Below, one piece after another: positions 12,468 through 23,014 of a DNA stretch of 64,000 bases. The notes beneath the pieces are model-generated. The model had not been told where the DNA came from and searched no databases. It saw nothing but the letters and a program-made list of their open reading frames with translations. Position 1 is the stretch's first letter. Each line of letters opens with the position of its first letter. The stretch is from NCBI GenBank assembly GCA_001687465.1, contig LVLI01000154.1, forward strand, positions 62,001 to 126,000, read 5' to 3'. Made by a program: the position numbers and the translations under genes. The stretch comes from Halocafeteria seosinensis. Lineage: Eukaryota.

Positions 12468-13471
12468 CTAAATTTGAGTATTCTGCTTCTTGAGTTCTCT
12501 AACAGCTTGGCCGAGCCGATGCTGGGCGCGGTTGGCCACATCAACTTTGGGATCGATCATAAGCACTTCTCGGATATCCGCAAGGGCAGCGCGGAACCTG
12601 CAATAAAAAAAGAAGGACCGTTAGATCTCAAACTACAACGGGGGTACACCAATTTGTTTGACACGACGAACTTTTCAAGTCCCTCTAAAGCCAGGCCTCG
12701 CCGCAAGAGAGCCTTCAGGTTCTTAGGATCAAGCTCGAGCACAGCCGTTGTGTCATCCACGACACTTTGGAAATCTGAAAGCTGCTGGTAACAAGCAGCC
12801 CTGTTGTTGCGGGCAGCAATGAGGGTCTTGGTGTCGTTTTCACTACATTTCTCGATGCACTGTCCATAGACTTCGATCGCTTGTTCAAATTTGGCATCCT
12901 GCGACGAATTCAGATTCAGTCCTATACAAAGAATACGAAATATTTGAGCAGCCAACCTACCTTGAAGAGGTCATTTCCTTCCTCCTTCAATTTCTCTGGT
13001 CCTTGGAGTTTAGCTCTACGTTCTCGCTCCTGTACCAAATGGTAATTGTGTTGAAATAGGAACGTCAATTCCGCCACGCCGCTACCAACATACCTGTTTC
13101 TCCAAGAGTGGTCGCGTTTCATTCAGTAGCTTGCGGAGGTCTTGGTTATCCGGGTACTGTACGAGTCCCTTCTCCAGGATCTGCACAGCTTCCTTATATT
13201 GCTGCAATTCCTTCAATGGATGCGCCAGACGATGGTAGCCTTTCAGGAACTTCGGGTCCAATTCGATGCATTTTCGACCATCCGCAGCGGCCTCTTCCCA
13301 TTGCTTTTGGGCAGCGTAGACCATCGATCGATTGCTGTAAAATGTGTGCTCGTGGGGGTACAATTCTATCGCCTCCGTGTATTTCTGAATGGCTTTCTCA
13401 TTTTCGCCATTTTTGAAGTGTTGATTCCCCTGGCTTTTCAGCTCCAGGGCTCTTGATTTATTGTCAGACAT
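12468..13471 (-). CDS. Sti1/HOP-like TPR co-chaperone with two TPR domains (spliced)
   Basis: ELKSQGNQHFK...AIQKYTEAIELYP...YSNRS and KLKEEGNDLFK...NNRAACYQQL carboxylate-clamp TPRs. Last exon reads FRAALADIREVLMIDPKVDVANRAQHRLGQAVRELKKQNTQI*. Confidence 0.8.
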
Positions 13472-14122
13472 GATTTTAGAACTAAAGCGATGCACTGATT
13501 AACTTGCTCTCTGCTCGGGCAACACACTCAGGATCGGAACTATCCCTAACAAACCTCAATATACGCCATTTGTTCCATCAAACACACCAGAATGTTCGTC
13601 GCGCTGACACCCAACGAAAACATTGTTTCCTTTCACTCATCAATTGATTCCGAGTTTAGAGTTCGGGGGAAACAATGGTACAATTGTAGCCCACATGCTG
13701 CGCTTGGCCCGTTGAGGATCAAACCCTACCCGGAATCGCTCTGGCATCCTCACGTTGTAGCGCATGAACGTCATAAACACATTCGGTCATCATCACTTCC
13801 AGTGGATTTCCGAAAGTCCAGTTTGAGTTCCGCATCTCACGGGATAAATTCCCAGCCACTGCCATGAAATCCCGAGACGAGAACGACTTCGCGAAGTTAT
13901 CAGGACGAAACCCAGCTAAGCAAGTTTTAGGTCACGCACATTTCAGAAATTTCAAATTGTATCCGATTTGTGTATTGCAGTTCGACTGTTTTGTCGGCGT
14001 CGTCCTCAATGTACGCGATGATATTGAATAAGAATTTTATGTGTGGTCTATAACGTAGTGAATTCGTGCATATTTGGGTAGACAATGAATAATGGAATGG
14101 GTATTCGTTTTGGTTCTAGTGT

Positions 14123-16014
14123 CTACGCTGAAGATCTACAAGCTGTTACAGCAGAGAGCAGAGAAGACACATTGTCTCGCCAATCGCGTAACTTAGATTG
14201 TAGGGCAACCCAGTCATCGTCATCAAACTGTCTTTGTGTTGTTCGAGTTACGTGAACTGCATTAGCTGACTGGTCTATCTTAGCTTCTATCAATTCTAGA
14301 CTGACAGCTTCCACCACCCATTCTTCCACTTCTTCAGCATTAATCTGCAGGCAAAATACAAAAGCAAATCAAAACAAGTGACGAATCAAAGGACTGAGGT
14401 ACATGACACAGCTGAGAATGACAAAGGCGAAGCGTCAGGCAAAGTGTAGGTATCATCAAGATGAAGTAAATCGTCTTTTCGGAAACGAGGAATTCATGAT
14501 CGTCCTCACGATCAAGAATTGCATCATTCGCATCCGTCTCTTCATATCCAGGAGTAGAGCAAATGCGGGTTACTTACTTTCAACCTTTGGGCAATATTAT
14601 CGTAAGATAATGATTGTTGTCGCCCAGCTAAAGAGCATAGAGAAAGGAGACGAATCGTACGTTTTGAGGCTTCGTGGTCCACTCCTAATGATTCAACAAA
14701 ATCTTTATGCTTGTCAGCAAAATCCTCGTAATCGGGAACATCACCACCAGCAAAAATGGAAAGCAGTTGATATACTAAAGGATCATCTTTCGGTCCTCTT
14801 TGGAGTGCTTGGACCTGTAAAGACACGTGCAGAGACAAAGATATTGAACTCACTGCCGTAGTCGTCCTCACGCTGATTCTCCGCTTGACAACTACTACCA
14901 AGCCTCAGACGCTAGACAAGTCATCAATGTACAACAAGTCCACAATGGTTGCGACAAGTTCAGCTTGTTAAAATAAGGAACGATAGCAAAATGCTGATAC
15001 CTATCAACGAAAAATCATCGGCCACGAAAGACAAGAGGGAAAACTAGTGTAGACAAGCTACGACTTACAGCTCGCATTAAAGGAAGATTACTCTTCTGAG
15101 ATATAACGGGGGCCTTAATGTAACCAATAGCGGCCTTTCTTGCTAACTGTCGCCCTTCCAGCAATTCGTTTTCATCAAGCCGGGGGTCCTCGAACGTACT
15201 GAGATATCGGATCAAGTAGGCTTGTGCTTCGTCACTGGGGAAAAAAACACAGAGGCATATGAGCACTTGTCAAGCAAGAGAAAGGGAAGAAAGGAGCACT
15301 TGCACATACTTTCTATTGCAATCGTCCAATGTGTTCGAAATGAATGCAAATAATTCGCGTTGCTGTTGTTTGTGCAGATTCAAGTTTTCAATCCAAGTTT
15401 CACAGTCGGATAAATACGGCAACAACGTGTCAATTAGGTTATTTTTGGCCGCGAATTCGATGAGATGCTTAAGAACTTTGAGCTTCGGTGTCGATTTCGT
15501 TTCAGCATCAAGCACGTTGTATAGTTCCGATAAGAGTTTCAAGCGCAGCGATGGCTGCTCCGAGTTCCCCGTCAAGAGGCGAATCAGTTGGTTGTATATC
15601 GACTCCTCCGATCCGGCCGGGACGGTATTGAAGAAGGAAAAGAGTAGAATGAACGTTCCTTCGATATCTGCACAACACCCCCGATAATGTGTGTATATAC
15701 TCAGAATAGCACACCTCTTGCAATTCGTCCTAAAGGGTCCTTCAAAGAGGGGAGTCCAAGGACAACAAAAAAGGTCTCCTTGCTCAGTGTCACTTACTCT
15801 GTGTATTTTCGACTGTGAAGAGGGCATCGCCGACATTGATGATCTTGAGCACGAATTCATCCAACTTCCCATTGCGCACAAGATTCTCGCATTCTTTTAA
15901 AAATTTCTGTTTTCCATCGGCGTCATTATGGTACTTGGCCATAGCAGCGAAATTGGCCAAGGAAAAGGCTCGTTCGCCCGTATCCACGATCTCTACGAGC
16001 GCTGTGGACGGCAT
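14123..16014 (-). CDS. EIF3M: Eukaryotic translation initiation factor 3 subunit M (PCI domain), 5 exons
   Basis: RTIRLLSLCSLA...LSYDNIAQRLK...EEWVVEAVSLELIEAKIDQ...VHVTRTTQRQF...W..LQSKLRDWRDNV matches the eIF3m C-terminus. GT-AG introns include 14815-15068 and 14345-14577. Confidence 0.85.
14432..14531 (-). ncRNA. Intronic box C/D snoRNA; D' guide to 18S rRNA (snR57/Gm1572-like), D guide to U2 snRNA (Am30-like)
   Basis: GCG/CGC terminal stem, C box ATGATGC, D' CCGA preceded by GAATTCCTCGTTT, C' TGATGA, D CTGA preceded by CTACACTTTGC. Lies in an enlarged 233-nt intron. Confidence 0.8.
14902..15022 (-). ncRNA. Intronic box C/D snoRNA candidate, target not identified
   Basis: GCC/GGC terminal stem, C box ATGATT, internal CTGA, C' TTGATGA, D CTGA. 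Lies in an enlarged 254-nt intron. Confidence 0.6.
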
Positions 16015-16128
16015 TTTGGTTCGACAAGACTATTTCAGCAAATACAAGATGACCAAGAAGAAAAATACGGGACAAGTCAAGCGACATAATGCTCCCATTC
16101 GAGTGATACAAATAAGACTCCCTCTGAA

Positions 16129-16137
16129 GTTGAAGTT
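16129..16137. promoter_or_regulatory. GTTGAAGTT/AACTTCAAC candidate promoter element (representative copy)
   Basis: Exact copies at 9786, 16129, 20129, 21677, 33903 and 36246, all in non-coding DNA upstream of start codons. Confidence 0.6.
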
Positions 16138-16250
16138 AGAACCGAACAAACAAATGTGATAGTTTGGTAATTAACGTTAGAAGCACCGCGCATTATCGTC
16201 TTGTATGTGATATTTTGAGGCTATAAACTACAAGGGGGCAGAGAGACAAG

Positions 16251-17295
16251 ATGCAGCATTCTTCTCGGGAGGCGGCCCCGCACGCCCCACCGACATTGGT
16301 GCAGTATGAGCAACCTTTACGGGTGGATCGTGAAGACACCTCGGCTCCCCAACAACGGCAAACCACGGCCGGAACTACACAGAAGTCTTCCAAGACAGAT
16401 GGCCATATTGAAGAGATTCTGAACTCCATACTTCCTCCACGGTACGCGAGCATGTTTGACGCGTAGTTCCTGTAGGATTCGGTATTGATTCATTCAAACT
16501 TGCTGACTGCAGAATGTGGAGCCAGGAAGATGGATCGACATGGATTCAATACGTGTCCAAAGAGCCTTCGTCACGTTTGGACGTGCTTACGTTACAAGAA
16601 GCTCTAGAGCAGCGCCTGATGCAGAGACAGGCGCGCGAGACGGGCCTATGCCCCGTGCGGGAAGACTTATATCGACAATGCTTTGGTATGTACGGACAGA
16701 GGAATCCTCTCTCCCAGGGCGCATTTGCCAATGTCGGGATGCTCTCGATGCAGATGAATTAATTCGGCAAGTATGCCTGAACAGCCCAGAGAGGGGATTA
16801 TTACTATTGCGTGTTAGGGATGAAATAAGAATGACCATAGATGCATACAAGACATTGTACGAGAGCAGGTAAGTCTTGTTAAAACCACGCTTCGTCGTGT
16901 CGAGGAGCCGGTAGAGAGAAACTTTGCCTTCCCTCTGTTTCTCAGTGTGACATTCGGTGTAAAGAAGCAACTTCAGGCGGAGGAGGGCATGCAAGAGATG
17001 GAACAAGAGGTAGAACAATTGACGGAAGAAAAGCAACAATTGGAAAACGAAGTAATGGCTCTGCAGAACAGGTACGAAAGGTGGCGAATATGCTGCTAGT
17101 ATCGCATTCTAGGTCAATACTAGATCATACACGTCTTCATTAAAATTCATTAAATGCAGTGTTGACATGGCTGAAAAACGATACAGTGAAAAGAGGCAAA
17201 TCGAGGAGAAGAAAAGGAAGGATGAAATCTCTTATCTCAAGCATCAAGCCCAGCACTTGGAGACGTTCTTGAGATCGCTTCCTTCGAAGCAATAA
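16251..17295 (+). CDS. DNALI1: Axonemal inner-arm dynein light intermediate chain p28 (spliced)
   Basis: EEILNSILPPR-W...WIQYVSKEPSSRLDV..LQEALEQRLMQRQARETGLCPVREDLYRQCFDELIRQV...PERGLLLLRVRDEIRMTIDAYKTLYES. Final exon ends in TAA at 17295. Confidence 0.93.
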
Positions 17296-17345
17296 GTCTA
17301 CTACTAACTAAAGAACACACGATTGTGTCGCTCTAACCAACGCTA

Positions 17346-19543
17346 TCATTTTGTTAGCGTCTTACTTCCGAAAAAGTTCCCGGTTTTACTGTTTCTTGTG
17401 GCGCTTGAACGCTTCCTGTTTTTGGCTCCATCATCATGGCAATGGTAAGCCTGATCTAGCATCCGATACTGAGCAACCGCTCCGAAATTGTCGAATGTTT
17501 GTTCGCTAATCACATTTTTTCTGATCTTGCACCAGCCTTGTAAACTCTCTAACCATACGTCTCTCGTAGGCTTGTTATGGCAATCGACAGTTAAAACCAC
17601 GTCACCAGCATCAATCTCAAGCATGTTCGTTTCCATTTCAACTGTTTCCCATTCCTTCCCCACACCATTGCCTCCAGCAGCAGCGGAAGAATCCTTCCCC
17701 GGATGCGTGTATTCCTGGGGTTTGTCTTCCTCGTCAATTTCGTCACTGTCGGTATCTTCGTCACCATCGTGTTTCTTTGTCTCCTGCCGTTGCACAACGT
17801 TTACAGTGCCAATCAGTTCCAAAGGAATCTTCACTCCAGAGTGGCTCAACGTTCCCACATCTTTACTGCTGGAAAGCTTCCCTGTTACGAACCATCCGTC
17901 CGTGATACTGGCATCAGTAGGATTTCGGAAGAAACTAAGGTAAGAGGGCGTCAGAACGAAGTAGCGATCTTTTCCTCCAGCACCAAGAACGGTAGAATCG
18001 ACCTTTGTTAGCCACCCATGCAAAATGGCTGCGTCCTTGTACGCTCTAGCCTGCCTCTCGGCGGCGGTCGAATTGACTAACGAAGGAGCGGGAAGGATAA
18101 GCTTTCCCCCAGAGTTCTTGTCTAAGCTAGTGACAACATCGTCACGTTTCGAGCCAAGTCTAGGCTCAGTTGGGCTCCGGTACGGGAAAACTTCAAAACT
18201 TTCATCTCGTTCCTTTTTGGCTTGAAGCTCGTGCTCCCGCTTAGTCTCAAGCTCTTGCATGAGAGCATGGCCAAGTTTTTTCCCACCGCTCCATATTCCG
18301 TGTCCAATATCCATAAAAACTGATCTCTTTCTCGGCGGGCTCTTTTCATTGGAATCTTCTTCCTCGTGAGCTTCTTCCTCCTCATCGTCACGGCCCTTTG
18401 TGGATTCTTGTTTTGAACCTCGTAGTCGCTGAAAGATTGATGCCTTGCGCTGCGGTTTCTGGTCTTCCTGTTCACCCACTTCTCCAGCACCGTTATCCTT
18501 CTTCAAAATGATATGGTTTCTCCATTCATTAATGGATGCAATCCACAGTTTGGCACACTCTGGTGACTCAGCAGTAAGCCTAATAGTTCCTCCTGCAATC
18601 ATTATTGGAAGAAATCAGAGTATAAGAAAACTCTCAGAGAACCAACGCGGCAAACGGCACCCGTACCATCGTCGAGTTGCAAATCAAACTGAGAGCTTTG
18701 AGGCTTGCAAACAATGTTACTGATCTCCGTAAGAGGTATGCACGCTCCTGCTTTCGACATTTTCTTGAGCTTCTCCAGGTTGCAAACTCCATGCATGTAC
18801 CCCTCTTCGTCAATCTGCTCAGTATTTTTCACGATACGGATAATAGTATACGACGAGGCTGACGAGCAAACACAGCAAATATTCTCACCTCTGCCTGCTC
18901 CTGCTTGTGGTAGTATCCTAAGAACTGTGGCGTCAACACGAAGTACCGAGGCTTATTTCTTCCACGAGTAAAACGAGCTTCGGATTCCCTGAAGAAAACA
19001 AAAATCCGACCTCCGTTTTGTTACCCGCAAGGGTTCCATCTATAGAAGCATATTTCACGTACTTCGCCAACACTCCCTCAAGCGGGACAAACAAGTGTCC
19101 CGTGGAATTCTTCAGTTCCTTGGGGAGATTTGGACGCAACGTCACTCCGAATTTTTCTATAGTTGTTTTGGGATCACCTGATGTTTCTTCGGCTTTCTTT
19201 GTCTGAGGGTCTTCTCCCTTTTCACCCTTGGATTCGAACTCGTCCACGCGCTCCTGCACGTACCCATCCTTCAACGATTCCCTACCGTCATGGGTGGGAG
19301 AATGCGCATTGACGACCTCATCTTCCTCCTTCTCGACATCTTCTTCTGCACCTTCATTCGTCTCGACACCTTGCGTGTCGGGGTGAGATTCTTCGTCTTG
19401 GTCATCTGTGTCAGGGACATAGTGTGGAATATAACCGTACAATTTGTTCAACCCGCGGCTGTAGTCTTACTTTGGTTCTCTTCGGTTCGATGGTCCTCCT
19501 TCTCCATTCTCTCTTGCTCTGTAACGTTAGGATTGTCTTCCAT
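17346..19543 (-). CDS. Acidic protein with two PH domains (spliced)
   Basis: PH-like segments LEGVLAKY...IRLTAESPECAKLWIASINEW and LHGWLTKV...DRYFVLTPSYLSFF...RDVWLESLQGW. GT-AG introns bridge the ORF fragments. Confidence 0.65.
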
Positions 19544-20551
19544 CCTTATGAAGGCAGCTAGGTCCTCGGTAACACCAAGTACACGCTGCACACGTATAAA
19601 CTTGCACCTCCGCGGACAAAATGGCGCGCTCACGCTTCGCCACTAGAAGCGGTTCAACTCAATACTCTTAGCTTTCAGGCAATCCTCGGATTATGAAGAA
19701 TGGGTATGGACCAAAGTGTACCTTGCCCAGAAAAGTTGCAGACTGACAAATTTACACGTAATCGGGGTTGTATGAGGCCTTCAACAACCTCCGCTCCGGA
19801 GTCGATCTGATTTCAGCTGCACTTCAACTTGCTGCTCCAACGTCATGCATGGTATAGGGCGTCTCCATATATATATATGAAGATAGGATCAGTGAATTTA
19901 AGGGGTATCGATCGAAAGTCGCTGAAAAAAAATGTCCTGATCTAGAAAGATGCAAGCAGTTGTTTTGCAGGAGCGGGACATGTGTTCCACTATTGTCGGG
20001 TGGGGAATAGTTATCGCACCAACATTTCTTTTCTGAGTTTGGTTCCCATTATTTTATTTACGTTATATGTACGCTGTGACTGTCGGCCTCTTTAGAGGCT
20101 CCGCTCGTCGTGTGGCGCCTCTTTTCGAGTTGAAGTTCTCACCCGATGCGGTTCAAGAACTTCAAGTAGAGTTCTCTCGTTTACCGGTAGAGTGAGTCAT
20201 TACTCTTCTGTGTAGTTTACATAGAGAAATTGTGCGTTGCTACCGGCGTGGTCCATAAACGCGACGCAGAAGCGGATAATTATCCACCGATATACAAGTG
20301 TAACGAGTTATGTGAACATCGGACTGTGAAGGTGAATTCGAGTACGTGCTGCTGTACTACCTGGTAGTATTACTACTCACTACTGAGGACTGTTTTCGGC
20401 ACGATACGTGGAACGGACATGAGAGATAGAAACCAGCCGTATCGCGCGTAAGACCAAGTGGCTATGTCAATGAGACAAACTAGGCAGGGGCTGGCTTGAG
20501 TGAGCCAAGAATCAAGACACTATCAGAGATCGAATTCAGACAAGAAGTATA

Positions 20552-21565
20552 ATGGCCTCCATGACGGATACCAGGGAGAGCACTCCCTTCATCAGTGGTG
20601 TTGATAGAGCTAAAGGGTGCTTGCTGGGGACAGCTGTTGGGGATGCGTTTGGAACGGCCATTGAGTTTCGTCCGCCGTTGGACCCTTTCAATCCTACAGT
20701 TACAGACATTATTGGCAAGGGGCCCCATAGACTGAGGAAGGGTCAATGGACAGACGATACATCGATGGCTCTCTGCCTCGCAGACAGTCTCATAAAGCGG
20801 AAGTCTCTCGATTTAATTGATCAACTCACTCGTTACGGGAGATGGTTTAGAAAGGGGGAGAATTCCTGCACTGGAAGATGTTTCGATATCGGGAACACTA
20901 CGCGAAAAGCTTTAGGAACCTTTTCACAACATAGAGATCCCTACTCGGGTAGCACTAACAAAAATAGTGCAGGTAACGGCTCCATTATGCGAATCGCACC
21001 GATTCCCGTTGCATCCACCTCTCTCGATATTGCTATGCGTTGGGGTGGTGAACAATCGAAAACAACCCACCAGGTACAAGAAGCGGTAGAAGGCTGTCAA
21101 ATCTTGTCCGGCATGGTTTTCCTAGCTTTGGAAGGGTGCTCGAAGCATGAAATCTTATCACATCCGGACATATGCTCCTCAAAGTGGTCCGAAAAACTGA
21201 CGAAAGTCGTACAGGGTTCGTATGCGTCGAAAGAACCCCCCGAAATTAGAGGTAGTGGGTATGTCGTGGACACACTGGAAGCAGCTCTATGGGCATTTCA
21301 TAAATCCAGAGATTTCAGGGAAGGTACCGTTCTAGTCGCCAATCTTGGTCTCGACGCTGATACAACTGCGGCCACTTATGGAGCGCTGGGTGGTGCTTAC
21401 TACGGGTTAGAAGGGATCCCTGAAGAGTGGAAGAAAAGAGTAGCTTGGTCGAATCACATTCAACGTATTGGTGAGACTCTGTACAACCTGCGGCCGGACA
21501 TGGATCCTAACGTAGTCGTTTACAGTTCTCAACTAAAGAAGGCCCCGCCTAACAGAAGGAAGTAG
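20552..21565 (+). CDS. ADP-ribosylglycohydrolase (DraG/ARH family), intronless
   Basis: GCLLGTAVGDAFG, GQWTDDTSMALCLADSL, CFDIGNTT, AGNGSIMRIAP, NLGLDADTTAA..GAL.GAYYG. Confidence 0.93.
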   Translation: MASMTDTRESTPFISGVDRAKGCLLGTAVGDAFGTAIEFRPPLDPFNPTVTDIIGKGPHRLRKGQWTDDTSMALCLADSLIKRKSLDLIDQLTRYGRWFRKGENSCTGRCFDIGNTTRKALGTFSQHRDPYSGSTNKNSAGNGSIMRIAPIPVASTSLDIAMRWGGEQSKTTHQVQEAVEGCQILSGMVFLALEGCSKHEILSHPDICSSKWSEKLTKVVQGSYASKEPPEIRGSGYVVDTLEAALWAFHKSRDFREGTVLVANLGLDADTTAATYGALGGAYYGLEGIPEEWKKRVAWSNHIQRIGETLYNLRPDMDPNVVVYSSQLKKAPPNRRK

Positions 21566-21830
21566 TACAGCTATCCATACACCGTATATTTGCATATATG
21601 ATCACAGCCATACTAATCGAACCTGTTGGTATCGTGTCATTCGCCACGACGCGTTGTTGACCACATACAGACAGTGAACTTCAACAGGGTTGTTCAGCTT
21701 TGTGAAGTTCGGGTACACAGTGTATACCGGGCATAATACCTCTATAATGCACAGTGAGCCCAAGATATTGTCTTAACTAGTCGATCCAGCGGTTTCGAAG
21801 AACAGTAACCAGTCTTGGAAGCACAGGGGA

Positions 21831-22602
21831 ATGAAAATCGCGCAAGGATTTGGGGTATGGTCGCCTCGCGGCGAGGAGGTCCTGCTACATATAGAAGAAG
21901 CAGATGGGGATAACGCGAGTGTAAGTACGATGTTGTAGCCGCACGCTGATGTCTGTGTCACTCACATTTGCGTTGGATGCGAATGGCATACAGAATGGTG
22001 ATACTGAGACCATCAAGGGCTTAGTCCGTGGAACTATGAGTTCCCTGCCTGTTGGTAAGTTTGGGCTGTAAATTGTTGCACATTTTTATCGGCTAAACTA
22101 CAGGGATAACCCCCTCATTATGACAGTGACGGAAGCGAGACTGAAGGCAAAGCAGGGTGGGGATGCTTCGCAGAAGTTACGCTACGGATTCTTAGGCAAG
22201 ATCGAAGAGACTGAAGCAGGCAAAATGTACGTGAAAATTGCCCAAGAAACGACAACGTGGGACTTTATCAATTTGTTTAATTCTTCACGATTGGCAGTTA
22301 CTGTTATCAAACATTTTCTGGTTTACGGTTTGTCATGGTTACTACAAATGACCACATTAATGACATAGCCTTAAAGAAAGTAAGTTGATATGCGATGACT
22401 TTCGATCTCATTCTGAGTACATGGAGTATATTTGCAGTGTCTAAAATACTTTGTGGATCAGTACATTAAATGGCAATGTAACCCCTTTTCGGATCACGAT
22501 ATAGCCACCTTGCAACAGCTATTGCTCAAGATATGCAAAGAAAGCGATTCGTCACTAAAGCAGGAGTATCCCCGGGAATTCTACCAATATTCCTCCCAAT
22601 GA
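21831..22602 (+). CDS. TRAPPC2L: TRAPP complex subunit 2-like (sedlin/longin fold), 5 exons, 165 aa
   Basis: Exons 21831-21920, 21994-22054, 22127-22226, 22298-22379 and 22438-22602 total 498 nt in frame. FLGKIEETEAGKIYCYQTFSGLRFVMV...YIKWQCNPF resembles TRAPPC2L [27 protein letters not shown]...MCNPF. Confidence 0.7.
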
Positions 22603-23014
22603 GTATGGAAGGACATCGATCTGCTTTAAAGTTCAGAACAAGCCAGACCTAGCATTGCATGATGGTTTTAGATGCTCGAAGATATTGTCCTCGTTACGAA
22701 TTAATTAATGTCTTCATACCTTGTGGCAGGGTATTTGTGCGGTGGTAGCGCGTCTACCCCATTCAAATATGGATGCCATTCAACCAACTGGGAAGTTGTC
22801 TTTGATTCCATAATCAGCTCTACTACGAGCTTCTGGCACAACCTAACTGATATAGCCTATAGGCCTGGCTCCGGGGCTGCTTCTTTAGTTGTACAATTCA
22901 AATTTGGGTCGAAACAAAGTGTACTTACTTTCTAGGGTTGTTGAATGTCACATAGGATAAAATTTCGCCATCGAATATATGCAATAAAAGGTAGATATTT
23001 TTATGCGTCATACA

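Noticed and set aside
13690..13930. RNase P, RNase MRP or SRP RNA identity for the structured region (GAAAGTCC, ACGAAACCCAGCTA, TTGTAGCCC)
   Set aside because: The candidate P4 strands are not complementary, and SRP helix 8 cannot form.
14498..14875. CGTGAGGACGA shared by two eIF3m introns, resembling hammerhead ribozyme stem II
   Set aside because: There is no CUGAUGA...GAAA core in the correct arrangement. In one intron the sequence simply caps a hairpin.
22380..22437. GATGA...CTGA inside a TRAPPC2L intron
   Set aside because: The intron is 58 nt and the boxes are only ~14 nt apart, too short for a snoRNA.
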